Under the pieces are notes generated by a model. It was not told the DNA's origin. It did no database searches and worked only from the letters and a program-made list of their open reading frames with translations. Below, piece by piece: positions 9,444 through 19,014 of a stretch of 46,224 nucleotides of DNA. Source of the stretch: Patescibacteria group bacterium (GTDB taxonomy: Bacteria > Patescibacteriota > Microgenomatia > UBA8517); NCBI GenBank assembly GCA_036846005.1, contig DAIUCV010000003.1, positions 1-46,224 on the forward strand, in the 5' to 3' direction. Within the stretch, counting starts at the first letter, position 1; each line of letters opens with the position of its first letter. A program made the translations under genes and the position numbers.

Positions 9444-10904
9444 TTATTTTACTAATTTATACTGGGATAGTACTTGAGTTACCCCTTGTGCGGCGGTTTC
9501 TAATGCACTTTTTGCGGATTTCCCGCTATTTACTGAGTTGATTGCATCTTCAAAATACTTATTAATTTGGGAGTTTATTCCGGTAGGACCATCAAAAGTC
9601 CTACTCGCCAAATACCAACTTTGAGCATCGGGAGCAAGTTTAATTATCGACCCCAAAACAGGATTGTCCTTTAAGATATCCTCCATATCTTTTCTGGGGT
9701 AAGCCTCACCAAATCCCCTGGCACTTGCTGCTACCTGATACATCTTTTCCAAGGATTCTTTTGAGGAAATGAATTTTAAAAAATCCCAAGCGTATTTTTT
9801 ATTAGGGCTTCTAACCCATACTCCTTCTGCCCAATATGTTGCATATGACACGTCCTGCTCGTTGGGGTTGTCTTTGGGTAACTGGGGTAAGGGAACTGTT
9901 TTAAATTTCAAATTGGGGTTTTTTGACTTAAAATCAAAGGCTCTCCAGCTAGGTCCAAAATACATTGCCAGATTACCTACCCCGAAAGCTATTGTTGAAG
10001 GAGGAAGGGTTGCGTCCCAAACCCCATCTACATTGGAAAAAACAGTATAGAAAGTCAAAGCGTCTTCTGCTAATTTTCCTGTTGGATTGGTCAACGATAC
10101 CCCGTTTTGAATCATCATCAAGCCCAATATTTCCGGCCAATGATCAACATTCTCTGTTCTTCCCATAGCTACACCTGCCCTAGCAATAACCCCGTTTTCA
10201 ATTTTTGTTAACCTTTTTGCGGTTTCTCTTAGTTCATCCCATGTCGATGGAGGATTTACTCCCTCCGTAGTAAATATATCCTCGTTAATAAAGAGGGTTA
10301 AAGCGTCATAACCCAGAGGTACTCCCACCATACCGGTACCACTAGCCATATCGGAGGAAATTACAGGATAATAAAGTTGCGCATATTCGGCTGCACCCAT
10401 AAAAGACGAGGGGACATTGTCGAGTTCATTCGCAAACATAGGAACCCAAGTGTTGTGGAATCTAAAGATGTCAGGTCCATTTCCTTTTGCCAAACCATTT
10501 GTTAATCTTTCCCGATAATCTTGAGGAGATTGCCTTACGTATTTTATTGACACTTGGGGATTTTTTGCCTGATATTCTTTTATTAACGAATCAACTATAC
10601 TCTCGTCTTCCCATAAACCCCACCATGTAATTGTAATTTCTCCCGATTTCTTTAACCCTGGTAGCAGATTTTTGGCCAATAAATAAACACCAACCAATAA
10701 AACAAGCAATACAGGAATGATGACAACAATTTTCGGAAATTTCCTTCTAGGCGAAGTTGGAACTACCATTTTTGACGGCACAGGATTTACCCCCGGCGTG
10801 CTTTTTTCCACAACGGGTGGTTGTCTATAAATAGTGCTATTTGGATTAGGCAAGTTTGTATTTTGATTATTATTATCAACTGGCATCTTAATCCATGTTA
10901 TCAT
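9444..10904 (-). CDS. Extracellular solute-binding protein (family 1, sugar-type), TM-anchored
   Basis: The N-terminus is Pro-rich and is followed by one TM. The ITWWGLWEDE...YQAKNPQVSIKYV pattern matches family 1 SBPs. No cognate permease or ATPase lies adjacent. Confidence 0.75.
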   Translation of the reverse strand: MITWIKMPVDNNNQNTNLPNPNSTIYRQPPVVEKSTPGVNPVPSKMVVPTSPRRKFPKIVVIIPVLLVLLVGVYLLAKNLLPGLKKSGEITITWWGLWEDESIVDSLIKEYQAKNPQVSIKYVRQSPQDYRERLTNGLAKGNGPDIFRFHNTWVPMFANELDNVPSSFMGAAEYAQLYYPVISSDMASGTGMVGVPLGYDALTLFINEDIFTTEGVNPPSTWDELRETAKRLTKIENGVIARAGVAMGRTENVDHWPEILGLMMIQNGVSLTNPTGKLAEDALTFYTVFSNVDGVWDATLPPSTIAFGVGNLAMYFGPSWRAFDFKSKNPNLKFKTVPLPQLPKDNPNEQDVSYATYWAEGVWVRSPNKKYAWDFLKFISSKESLEKMYQVAASARGFGEAYPRKDMEDILKDNPVLGSIIKLAPDAQSWYLASRTFDGPTGINSQINKYFEDAINSVNSGKSAKSALETAAQGVTQVLSQYKLVK

Positions 10905-10940
10905 ACTATTCTAGAGATGTTCGAGATATTAATATAGAAA

Positions 10941-12695
10941 ATGATAAAGATAAAAAAACCTAAATTTATATCTTTAAAAATCCCCAGATTAATGTTAATT
11001 TGGGTTGTATTTCTTTTGGTAATATTTGCTTTTTACCATTCACTTTTTATAGGCAGAATATATCCTGGGATTTTTATTTCTGGAATAAATGTTGCAGGTA
11101 AAACCCCTGAAGAGGCAGAAAATTTATTAAAGTTTTCCATCAAACCACCCAAAGAAATAATCCTTTCTTATAAAGATCAATCTTTTTCGATTCCTGTTTC
11201 GGATTTAAACCTTAATTACGATTTATCAACATCTGTTGCTAAATCTTATCGAATGTACAGATCTAATGATTTGTTTCAAAACATAATACTTTCTATTGTT
11301 TCTCCAATTAACAAAACCAACTTTCCACTGGCAGTAACACTCAATGAGAATAAGTTAAGAGAAAACTTATCCGCAATCTCTGGAAAAATTGGCCAAGAAC
11401 CTATTTATCCTTCTATATATCTATCTCAAGGAAAACTGGTTGTAGAAAAAGGTTCTCTTGGTTATGAAATAGACAACGAAAAAATTATTAAAGACATTAT
11501 GTTTTCGCTAAGTTATTTAAAAACACCACAAATATCAATTTCTACTAAAATTAATGATCCTTCTTTATCCGATAAAGAAGTTGAAATACTTTATAATAGA
11601 GGAGATATATTACTCAATAAAAGTCTTATACTTTCATTTGAATTTCAGGAATTTTCGTATAGTAAAAGTGATATTATTAACCTTCTTGATCCAAAATCCG
11701 GATATAACGAAACTAAATTAAACTCTTTTATATCAAACATTATCTCAAAGGTCGAAAGAAATCCCCAAAACCCAGTTTTCGTCTTTACCGACGGCATGGT
11801 GAAAGAATTTGCCCCAGCCAAGGACGGGATTAAAGTAAAACAAACCGAACTGCTTAATAATATTAAAACTTCCTTAAACGATTTAGAGTCTACGGATAAA
11901 ACGTCTGTTACTATTTCAATACCCACCACCAACTCCTCTCCTGAATATAAAATTGAAGATGTAAACAACCTGGGAATTAAAGAACTCTTGGGAAGAGGGG
12001 TGTCACATTTTACCGGATCAATTACATCAAGAATTCATAATATTTCTTTGGCATCTAGTAAATTTAACGGAATTTTAATTAAACCAGGAGAAACTTTCTC
12101 GTTTAACAACACACTGGGAGACGTATCTGCTTTTACGGGTTATCAGCAAGCTTACATTATCCAGGATGGAAAAACGGTTTTGGGGGACGGAGGGGGTGTT
12201 TGCCAAGTATCCACCACTTTCTTCAGGGCTGCCTTAAATGCAGGTCTTCCCATAGTCGAAAGAAGGGCTCATTCCTATAGGGTTGGTTATTATGAACAGG
12301 GTTCCCCTGTAGGAATTGATGCAACAGTTTTTTCTCCGACAACTGATTTAAAAATTCAAAACGATACTCCTGCCCACCTCCTTATTCAAACATCAATCGA
12401 TACCAAAACCAAAACCTTGGTCTTTGAAATATACGGAACAAACGACGGTAGAATTGCCACTATTTCAAAACCCAGCATATCGGGAGTTACTCCCCCACCT
12501 GATGATCTTTATATCGACGACCCAACACTTCCTGCAGGAACCATTAAACAAATCGATTGGAAAGCATGGGGTGCCAAAGTAAATTTTATTTATAAAGTAA
12601 TAAGAAATAATGAAACTCTAATAGATAAAACCTTCTATTCAAACTACCAACCCTGGCAGGCAAAATTCCTAAGGGGTACAGGCCTTGCACAATAA
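10941..12695 (+). CDS. VanW-family protein with N-terminal TM anchor
   Basis: The VanW core GGGVCQVSTTFFRAALNAGLPIVERRAHSY is present. An N-terminal TM segment precedes it. Confidence 0.85.
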   Translation: MIKIKKPKFISLKIPRLMLIWVVFLLVIFAFYHSLFIGRIYPGIFISGINVAGKTPEEAENLLKFSIKPPKEIILSYKDQSFSIPVSDLNLNYDLSTSVAKSYRMYRSNDLFQNIILSIVSPINKTNFPLAVTLNENKLRENLSAISGKIGQEPIYPSIYLSQGKLVVEKGSLGYEIDNEKIIKDIMFSLSYLKTPQISISTKINDPSLSDKEVEILYNRGDILLNKSLILSFEFQEFSYSKSDIINLLDPKSGYNETKLNSFISNIISKVERNPQNPVFVFTDGMVKEFAPAKDGIKVKQTELLNNIKTSLNDLESTDKTSVTISIPTTNSSPEYKIEDVNNLGIKELLGRGVSHFTGSITSRIHNISLASSKFNGILIKPGETFSFNNTLGDVSAFTGYQQAYIIQDGKTVLGDGGGVCQVSTTFFRAALNAGLPIVERRAHSYRVGYYEQGSPVGIDATVFSPTTDLKIQNDTPAHLLIQTSIDTKTKTLVFEIYGTNDGRIATISKPSISGVTPPPDDLYIDDPTLPAGTIKQIDWKAWGAKVNFIYKVIRNNETLIDKTFYSNYQPWQAKFLRGTGLAQ

Positions 12696-12710
12696 CTATT
12701 TCCCTAAATT

Positions 12711-13778
12711 ATGAAAATAGTAAAAAAAGAACATATAAGTGTTGATGAAATAGTAAATGTTCTACAAAATAAAGGCCTTGTCATAATGCCTACTGAAACT
12801 TTGTACGGTGCATTTGTAGATGCTACCAACATAAAAGCTGTTGCCAAATTAAACGAGTATAAAGCAAGACCTTTTGGTAAACCCTATTCTGTGGCTGTAG
12901 CAAATCAACAGATGGCCAAGGAATACGTAGAAATAAATGAAAACGCAAAATCGCTCTATGACAGCTTCCTCCCTGGTCCTTTGACCATCGTTTCCAAAGG
13001 AAAACATCAAGTTGCGAAAGGGGTAGAATCCGAAAAAGGTTCGCTGGGAATTAGAATCCCGGATTATCAATTAGTAATAGATGTGATAAATAAATTAGGC
13101 AAACCCATTACGGCAACCTCCGCCAATGCCTCATATCAGAAACGTCCTTATAGGGTTGAGGATATTCTTAAAAACATATCACTAAAACAAAAAAAATTAA
13201 TAGATTTGATTATTGATGCAGGCGAATTACCCCACTTAGAACCTTCTACCGTTATCGATACAACCCTAGACGACCCTATTATTCTCCGACAGGGAGATAT
13301 AAAAATAAAGGATAAAAATGAGGTTTTATCGCAAAGTGTGGAAAATACCCAAAACCTTGCAAAAAACTTATATCAAAAATATGAAAAGCATCTGGATCAA
13401 AGAGCAATCATCTTTGCCCTTGAAGGTCCTATGGGAGCGGGGAAAACGGTTTTTACAAAAGGACTGGCAAAAGCGATGGGAATAGACGAAGAAATAGTCT
13501 CACCAACTTATGATTTGATGCTAAATTATGAATCAGAAAATAAAAAGAGTGAGTTGGTACATATCGATGCATGGAGGATGCTAACTTCTTCAGAATTTGA
13601 AGATTTGGGTATTAATAAAATGATTTCCGATAAGTCTGTTTTTGCAATTGAATGGGCGGAAAAAGTTTCTGGGGTAATTAGGAAATATAATGAAGATGCG
13701 GTTATTGTCTGGATAAAAATAGAGTATCCGAATTCTGATCAAGAGAACGAAAGAAAAATAACTTGGGGAGTTCTTTAA
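12711..13778 (+). CDS. Fusion of TsaC/YrdC (threonylcarbamoyl-AMP synthase) and TsaE (t6A ATPase)
   Basis: The N-terminal half has the YrdC motifs PTETLYGA, KPYSVAV and PGPLTIV. The C-terminal half has the TsaE motifs GPMGAGKTVFTKGLAKAMG and VSPTY. Confidence 0.85.
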   Translation: MKIVKKEHISVDEIVNVLQNKGLVIMPTETLYGAFVDATNIKAVAKLNEYKARPFGKPYSVAVANQQMAKEYVEINENAKSLYDSFLPGPLTIVSKGKHQVAKGVESEKGSLGIRIPDYQLVIDVINKLGKPITATSANASYQKRPYRVEDILKNISLKQKKLIDLIIDAGELPHLEPSTVIDTTLDDPIILRQGDIKIKDKNEVLSQSVENTQNLAKNLYQKYEKHLDQRAIIFALEGPMGAGKTVFTKGLAKAMGIDEEIVSPTYDLMLNYESENKKSELVHIDAWRMLTSSEFEDLGINKMISDKSVFAIEWAEKVSGVIRKYNEDAVIVWIKIEYPNSDQENERKITWGVL

Positions 13779-14857
13779 TGAAAACAGATATTAATACAAA
13801 AATCCTAGCTATAGACACATCTTGCGACGAAACTTCTGCGGCAGTTACCCAAGGAGTAAGGATTCTTTCCAATATTGTATGGTCTCAGGCATCTCTCCAT
13901 GCAGAATTTGGAGGTGTCTATCCATCTCTTGCCCAGCGGGAACATAAACTTAGGATAGATTGGGTAATAAATAAGGCAATTCAAAATTCTAAAATAGAAT
14001 TTAAAAATTTAGATGCAATAGCTGTTACTGTCGGACCAGGCCTGGCAATCGCATTGGGTGTCGGGATAGATAAGGCAAAAGAATTGGCAACAAAATTTAA
14101 TAAACCTATAATTGAGGTGAATCATATAGAGGGACATCTACTTAGCCCTTTTGCACGGTCTAGAAATGAGCAATCCTTAATTGTCGATAATCAATTTCCT
14201 GCTTTAGGATTAGTGGTATCCGGAGGGACAACACAAATCATATTGGCCGAAAGATTGGGCAAATATAAGATATTAGCAAACACTGTGGATGACGCTTTAG
14301 GCGAAGCACTGGATAAAGGTGCCAGGCTCCTTGGTTTGGGTTACCCGGGAGGAGCTATTCTTGAAAGAATCGCCCGCGACGGCAAAAAAAACTCCTATCT
14401 TCTACCCATTCCTATGTTGGGACGCGAAAACTTAAATAGATTTAGCTATTCAGGACTTAAAACTGCACTTGTCAGGCTGGTTGAAAAAATTAAAAAAGAA
14501 AAAGGGCAACTTTCCCAAACCGATATCCAAAACCTCGCTTTTGTTTATCAAGATGCAGCCTTTACCCACCTTATTCGAGTACTAACTTATATTATTCATA
14601 ATTCAAATATTAAAATTAATGATTTATTTGTCGGAGGCGGGGTCGGAGCTAATGTGTATCTTCGCAATCTCTTAAGAAAAATGGCTAGAGAAGAAAACCT
14701 AACGATACATTTCCCCTACTCTAAAATATTATTTGGAGATAACGCGGCGATGATAGGGGTCACGGCATATTTTTCTTATCAAAGAAGAAATTACCTAAAA
14801 TCCAAAGAAATTTCAAAAATTGATAGATCGCCGAAATTTAGAATCGACAGTATATAA
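13778..14857 (+). CDS. tsaD: tRNA N6-adenosine threonylcarbamoyltransferase TsaD
   Basis: Contains ILAIDTSCDETSAAV and NHIEGHL motifs. The start ATG shares one base with the upstream TAA (TAATG). The longest ORF begins at 13763. Confidence 0.92.
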   Translation: MKTDINTKILAIDTSCDETSAAVTQGVRILSNIVWSQASLHAEFGGVYPSLAQREHKLRIDWVINKAIQNSKIEFKNLDAIAVTVGPGLAIALGVGIDKAKELATKFNKPIIEVNHIEGHLLSPFARSRNEQSLIVDNQFPALGLVVSGGTTQIILAERLGKYKILANTVDDALGEALDKGARLLGLGYPGGAILERIARDGKKNSYLLPIPMLGRENLNRFSYSGLKTALVRLVEKIKKEKGQLSQTDIQNLAFVYQDAAFTHLIRVLTYIIHNSNIKINDLFVGGGVGANVYLRNLLRKMAREENLTIHFPYSKILFGDNAAMIGVTAYFSYQRRNYLKSKEISKIDRSPKFRIDSI

Positions 14858-14886
14858 ATTTCTTCTAATACTGTTATAATTTGGCC

Positions 14887-17031
14887 ATGGATAAAGTTTG
14901 GGATCATAAAAAATACGAGAGCGATATTTACAATCTTTGGGAAAAATCCGGTAGTTTTATACCACAGATAGATAAAAACAAAAAAGCTTTCTGTATGATC
15001 ATGCCTCCTCCAAATGCAAATGGAGATTTGCATATAGGTCATGCTCGTTTTGTAACGGTCGAAGATGTTATTACCCGCTATCACAGAATGAAAGGTGAGG
15101 TTACCTTATGGCTTCCGGGAACTGACCACGCAGGAATCGAAACCCAATACGTATTTGAAAAAGAATTGGCAAAAGAAGGAAAAAGCCGTTTCGACTTTGA
15201 TTCCGATACTCTTTATAAAATGATTGCAGAATATACCCTTAAGTATAAAGGCAATACCGAAAAACAATTAAAGGCTTTGGGTGCATCTTGTGACTGGACT
15301 AGAGAAAAATATACTTTGGATGCAGATATTGTAAAAATTGTTTACAAAACTTTTAAAGCGCTTTTTGACGACGGGTTAATCTACAGAGGAGAAAGAATCG
15401 TTAACTATTGTACGCACTGCGGAACATCGTATTCACAACTAGAAACAGATACTATAGAAAAAGATGACAAACTCTATTACCTGGATTACGGTCTTGTTAC
15501 CATTGCAACCACAAGACCTGAAACAATATTTGCCGATTGTGCAGTTGCAGTTAATCCTAAAGACACCCGTTATAAAAAACTCGTAGGAAAAAATGCGATA
15601 CTCCCAATTGTCGAAAGAGAATTACCGATAATAGAAAATGCACTTGTTGATATAGAGTTTGGAACAGGTGCCTTAAAAATTACTCCCGCTCACGATGCGG
15701 TTGATTTTGAAATAGGACAAAAGAATCATCTTCCAGTAATAGGGGTTGTTGACGAGAAAGGAAAAATGATAAACACCCCCGAGAAATATATCGGTTTAAC
15801 GGTTTATAAGGCGAGAGAAGAAGTAGTCAGTGACTTACAAAATCTTGGGAAAATCAAAAAAATAGAAAATATCCACCACTTGGTAGCTGTTTGCTACAAA
15901 GATAAGAGTATTATTGAGCCAAGAGTTTCTGATCAGTGGTTTATAAATGTTGGACCCTTGGCAAAACTCGCACTATCCGCTATAAAAGACAAAAAAGTAA
16001 CATTCACCGCTAAAAAATTTGAAAAGATTGCAATCCACTGGCTGAAAAACTTAAAAGACTGGAATATATCAAGACAAATTGTTTGGGGAATAAGAATACC
16101 TGCCTTTAAATGCGAAAAATGCCGAAAATGGACAATTACAGAAGGCATTAAGCCAAAAAGTTGTAATTATTGTAACCACAATATCTTGGTTCAGGATACC
16201 GATACTTTTGACACCTGGTTTTCATCGGGTCAATGGCCGTATGCTACCCTTTTAGCGTCGGATAGAATTACCAATTTCCAATTACCAATTTCAAAAAATA
16301 AATATAAAGACGCAAAAGATTTTAATTATTTCTATCCTACGTCTATTATGGAAACTGCCTATGACATACTCCCCTTCTGGGTATTAAGAATGATCATGCT
16401 AGGTCTTTATGCAACCGGCGAAGTTCCCTTTAAAGATGTTCTTCTACACGGATTAGTAAGAGATAAAGAGGGACAAAAAATCTCTAAATCTAAAGGTAAT
16501 GTAATCAATCCCCTCGCAATGATTGATAAATACGGCTGCGATGCTCTCAGAATGGGGTTGGTTTGGGGAGCTTTGGTAGAAAACGATGTATCTTTATCCG
16601 AAGAAAATATCAGAGGTCAACGGAATTTTTCTAATAAGATTTGGAATATAGGTCGCTTTGTCTTTCAAAATAAAACAAATAAGAAAAATTTAAAATTATC
16701 GATTCCAAAAACTTCAAATAAAGAAGATAGGTGGATACTAGAAGAATTAGAAACCACGATCAAGAAAGTATCCAGAGCCATTGATGATTACAAACTAAAC
16801 ACTGCGGCTGAAATGGTATACGATTTTATTTGGCACAAGTTTGCCGATAAATACATCGAAAGCATTAAATCTCGAAGAACAGAAGCCCAACCAACCTTAG
16901 AATATGTTTATTCAAATTCCCTTAAAATTCTTCATCCTTTTATGCCTTATGTTACAGAAGCAATTTGGTCCATGGGTTTTGCCAAAGATAAAAAAGATTT
17001 GATCATAAATGCTTCCTGGCCTACAAAATAA
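14887..17031 (+). CDS. valS: Valyl-tRNA synthetase, short form (about 714 aa)
   Basis: Has PPPNANGDLHIGHA (HIGH), WLPGTDHAGIETQ and KISKSKGN (KMSKS). A TTG at 14881 is an alternative start. Confidence 0.9.
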   Translation: MDKVWDHKKYESDIYNLWEKSGSFIPQIDKNKKAFCMIMPPPNANGDLHIGHARFVTVEDVITRYHRMKGEVTLWLPGTDHAGIETQYVFEKELAKEGKSRFDFDSDTLYKMIAEYTLKYKGNTEKQLKALGASCDWTREKYTLDADIVKIVYKTFKALFDDGLIYRGERIVNYCTHCGTSYSQLETDTIEKDDKLYYLDYGLVTIATTRPETIFADCAVAVNPKDTRYKKLVGKNAILPIVERELPIIENALVDIEFGTGALKITPAHDAVDFEIGQKNHLPVIGVVDEKGKMINTPEKYIGLTVYKAREEVVSDLQNLGKIKKIENIHHLVAVCYKDKSIIEPRVSDQWFINVGPLAKLALSAIKDKKVTFTAKKFEKIAIHWLKNLKDWNISRQIVWGIRIPAFKCEKCRKWTITEGIKPKSCNYCNHNILVQDTDTFDTWFSSGQWPYATLLASDRITNFQLPISKNKYKDAKDFNYFYPTSIMETAYDILPFWVLRMIMLGLYATGEVPFKDVLLHGLVRDKEGQKISKSKGNVINPLAMIDKYGCDALRMGLVWGALVENDVSLSEENIRGQRNFSNKIWNIGRFVFQNKTNKKNLKLSIPKTSNKEDRWILEELETTIKKVSRAIDDYKLNTAAEMVYDFIWHKFADKYIESIKSRRTEAQPTLEYVYSNSLKILHPFMPYVTEAIWSMGFAKDKKDLIINASWPTK

Positions 17032-17035
17032 TAAC

Positions 17036-17956
17036 TTATGGAGTTGAAGTGGGACTAGCCGATGGGCTTGAAGTGGGACTTGCGGAAGGAGTAGCGGTTG
17101 ATTCTATAAACATAAACGTAGACAGTATTAGATTTTTCGTTTCTTCAAAACCCTTCTTGGTTGGATCAGCCACCATTTCAGTAATTTCAACATATCTAGT
17201 ATCCATCAACGGATCTTGAAGATATAAGTAGGTTGATTGACCCAATAATTCAACTGTAAAAATATAACCGTCAGAATTACCTAATTTATAAGGAATGACA
17301 TTTTGTATTACTTTTACATCACCCGATTGTGTTAGTGCTTTTAAAGAATCATCCGCAACCATTTTTAAAGTTTTTCCTTTGGATAAATTTCCAATTTTAA
17401 AACTTAAGGAAATACCATCATAAAATTCCGTACCTTCTTTTTGAGTTGGACCCCAGATGCTAAGCGAGACTATACTGCCATATTCTTGTACTTTCGCATC
17501 CAGTGGGTATTTTAAGGAAAACTTCTCAGGAGAAGTAAATGTTTTCCAATTTTCAGTAGGATCAGCAGTTGCGGTTGGAGTGGAAATCATGGTAGGAATA
17601 GGGGTGGGAATTTCCGTGGTTTCTTTCGAAACCTTCTTTAGTCCTAAATAGTAAAACCCAATACCAGCTAGTGATAAAACAAAAAAAACCACAGCAATTA
17701 TAATTAGCGTCTTAGACGATTTATTGCTGTCCCCCATTGTTAAATTGGGAGGTGTACTGGTATTTTCTGTTTTTGTTTCCTGTTGAATAGGGGGTTGTAC
17801 TGCCGGGGGTTGATCGACGCTTTCACTATTTATTGCAGGTTGAACGCTCGTATTAATTCCAGGGGTGTTTGTACCTCCCTCATCTTTGGCGATTTCGCTT
17901 ATTCTTGACAATTCGTCCTGTGGATTAACAGAGCTGGTTGGTGTATCGTCACTCAT
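17036..17956 (-). CDS. Hypothetical secreted or membrane-anchored protein with Pro/Thr/Ser-rich ends
   Basis: An N-terminal low-complexity region is followed by one TM (IIIAVVFFVLSLAGIGFYYL). The C-terminal tail is ATPSASPTSSPSASPTSTP. Confidence 0.6.
   Translation of the reverse strand: MSDDTPTSSVNPQDELSRISEIAKDEGGTNTPGINTSVQPAINSESVDQPPAVQPPIQQETKTENTSTPPNLTMGDSNKSSKTLIIIAVVFFVLSLAGIGFYYLGLKKVSKETTEIPTPIPTMISTPTATADPTENWKTFTSPEKFSLKYPLDAKVQEYGSIVSLSIWGPTQKEGTEFYDGISLSFKIGNLSKGKTLKMVADDSLKALTQSGDVKVIQNVIPYKLGNSDGYIFTVELLGQSTYLYLQDPLMDTRYVEITEMVADPTKKGFEETKNLILSTFMFIESTATPSASPTSSPSASPTSTP
17044..17080. repeat. Short 24-nt-period direct repeat encoding the SPTS tail
   Basis: TTGAAGTGGGACT occurs exactly at 17044-17056 and again at 17068-17080. 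Confidence 0.7.
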
Positions 17957-17991
17957 GCTATTATTAAACTACAAAATAAGTTCTCAAATCA

Positions 17992-18315
17992 ATGGCTAAA
18001 AAAGAATTCCCGTTTATACTTATCTCTTTGTTCTTAGTCTTTCTTCTTACTATCTCTTACTTGAACCTGAAAGTATATTTTGAGGGTAACAAAGAGACAA
18101 AGGTTCTTTCGGCAGAATACGAAAAACCCAGCGAAGAAGAGTTTTGGGTAAATTATTTGGAATCAAATCCCAATTACTTTCCTGGATTAATAGAATTGGC
18201 AAAAATTCAAATAGCAAACTCCAAATATGACAGGGCTTTACAAACTTTATTAAAAGCAAAAAGTATTGATCCCAATTCTGATATTATTGAAGAGTTGGAA
18301 GAAGAAATAAAGTAA
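17992..18315 (+). CDS. Small membrane-anchored protein with a TPR-like repeat
   Basis: Has an N-terminal TM segment. The C-terminal AKIQIANSKYDRALQTLLKAKSIDPN stretch is TPR-like. Confidence 0.5.
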   Translation: MAKKEFPFILISLFLVFLLTISYLNLKVYFEGNKETKVLSAEYEKPSEEEFWVNYLESNPNYFPGLIELAKIQIANSKYDRALQTLLKAKSIDPNSDIIEELEEEIK

Positions 18316-18316
18316 T

Positions 18317-19009
18317 TTATTCTTTTTTCTCTTCTTCTTTTTCCGGAGCCGGTGCTTCTTCTTTTTCTACTGTTTCGCCTTCAGGTGTCTCTACCGGTAC
18401 TTCTCCCTCTCCAGCTTCAGGAACCGGAGCTACAGGTACTTCTTCTACTTCTTCTTTAATCGCCTCTACTTTAACCAAAATTACTTCCATGTCATTTTTG
18501 ATCTCTATTTTCTTTTTATCTACTTTTAAATCCTTCACAAATACTGCGTTATCAACTTCAATCAAATTAGAAATGTCCACTTCAAATTTATCAGGAAGAT
18601 CAGTTGGTAAAGCCTCTACTTCAATTTCTTGTATATATTGAACAACAGTCCCCAATCCTTGTTTTTCGGCTGGAGATTCTCCTACCAATTCAACTGGAAC
18701 TTCGGCGGTTACTTTCTCCTTAAGATCAACCTGAAGAAAATCGACATGAATCGGCTTATCACTTAAGGGGTCCATTTGAACATTGTGTACAAGAACCGGT
18801 CTTTTTTCTTTGCCTAATTCTATTTGAAGTAAGCTTGTTTCTCCGACTTTTTTAAACATATCTTCAAAATCTTTTTCTTTTACCATCAAAGAAACAGACT
18901 TAATATTTTTTCCATAAATATTTCCAGGAAGTATACCTTCTTTTCTCATACGTTTTACTTTTCTTCCTGTTATTTCCCTTTTTTCGGCTTTAAGAATTAA
19001 ATTTACCAT
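18317..19009 (-). CDS. rplY: Ribosomal protein L25/Ctc with acidic C-terminal tail
   Basis: LKAEKREITGRKVKRMRKEGILPGNIYGK matches the L25 N-terminus. The tail is E/P/V-rich. Confidence 0.9.
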   Translation of the reverse strand: MVNLILKAEKREITGRKVKRMRKEGILPGNIYGKNIKSVSLMVKEKDFEDMFKKVGETSLLQIELGKEKRPVLVHNVQMDPLSDKPIHVDFLQVDLKEKVTAEVPVELVGESPAEKQGLGTVVQYIQEIEVEALPTDLPDKFEVDISNLIEVDNAVFVKDLKVDKKKIEIKNDMEVILVKVEAIKEEVEEVPVAPVPEAGEGEVPVETPEGETVEKEEAPAPEKEEEKKE

Positions 19010-19014
19010 TTATT

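Noticed and set aside
17956-17992. Divergent promoter pair in the 35-nt gap between 17036-17956 (-) and 17992-18315 (+)
   Set aside because: The gap is too short to assign -35/-10 elements for both directions with any confidence.
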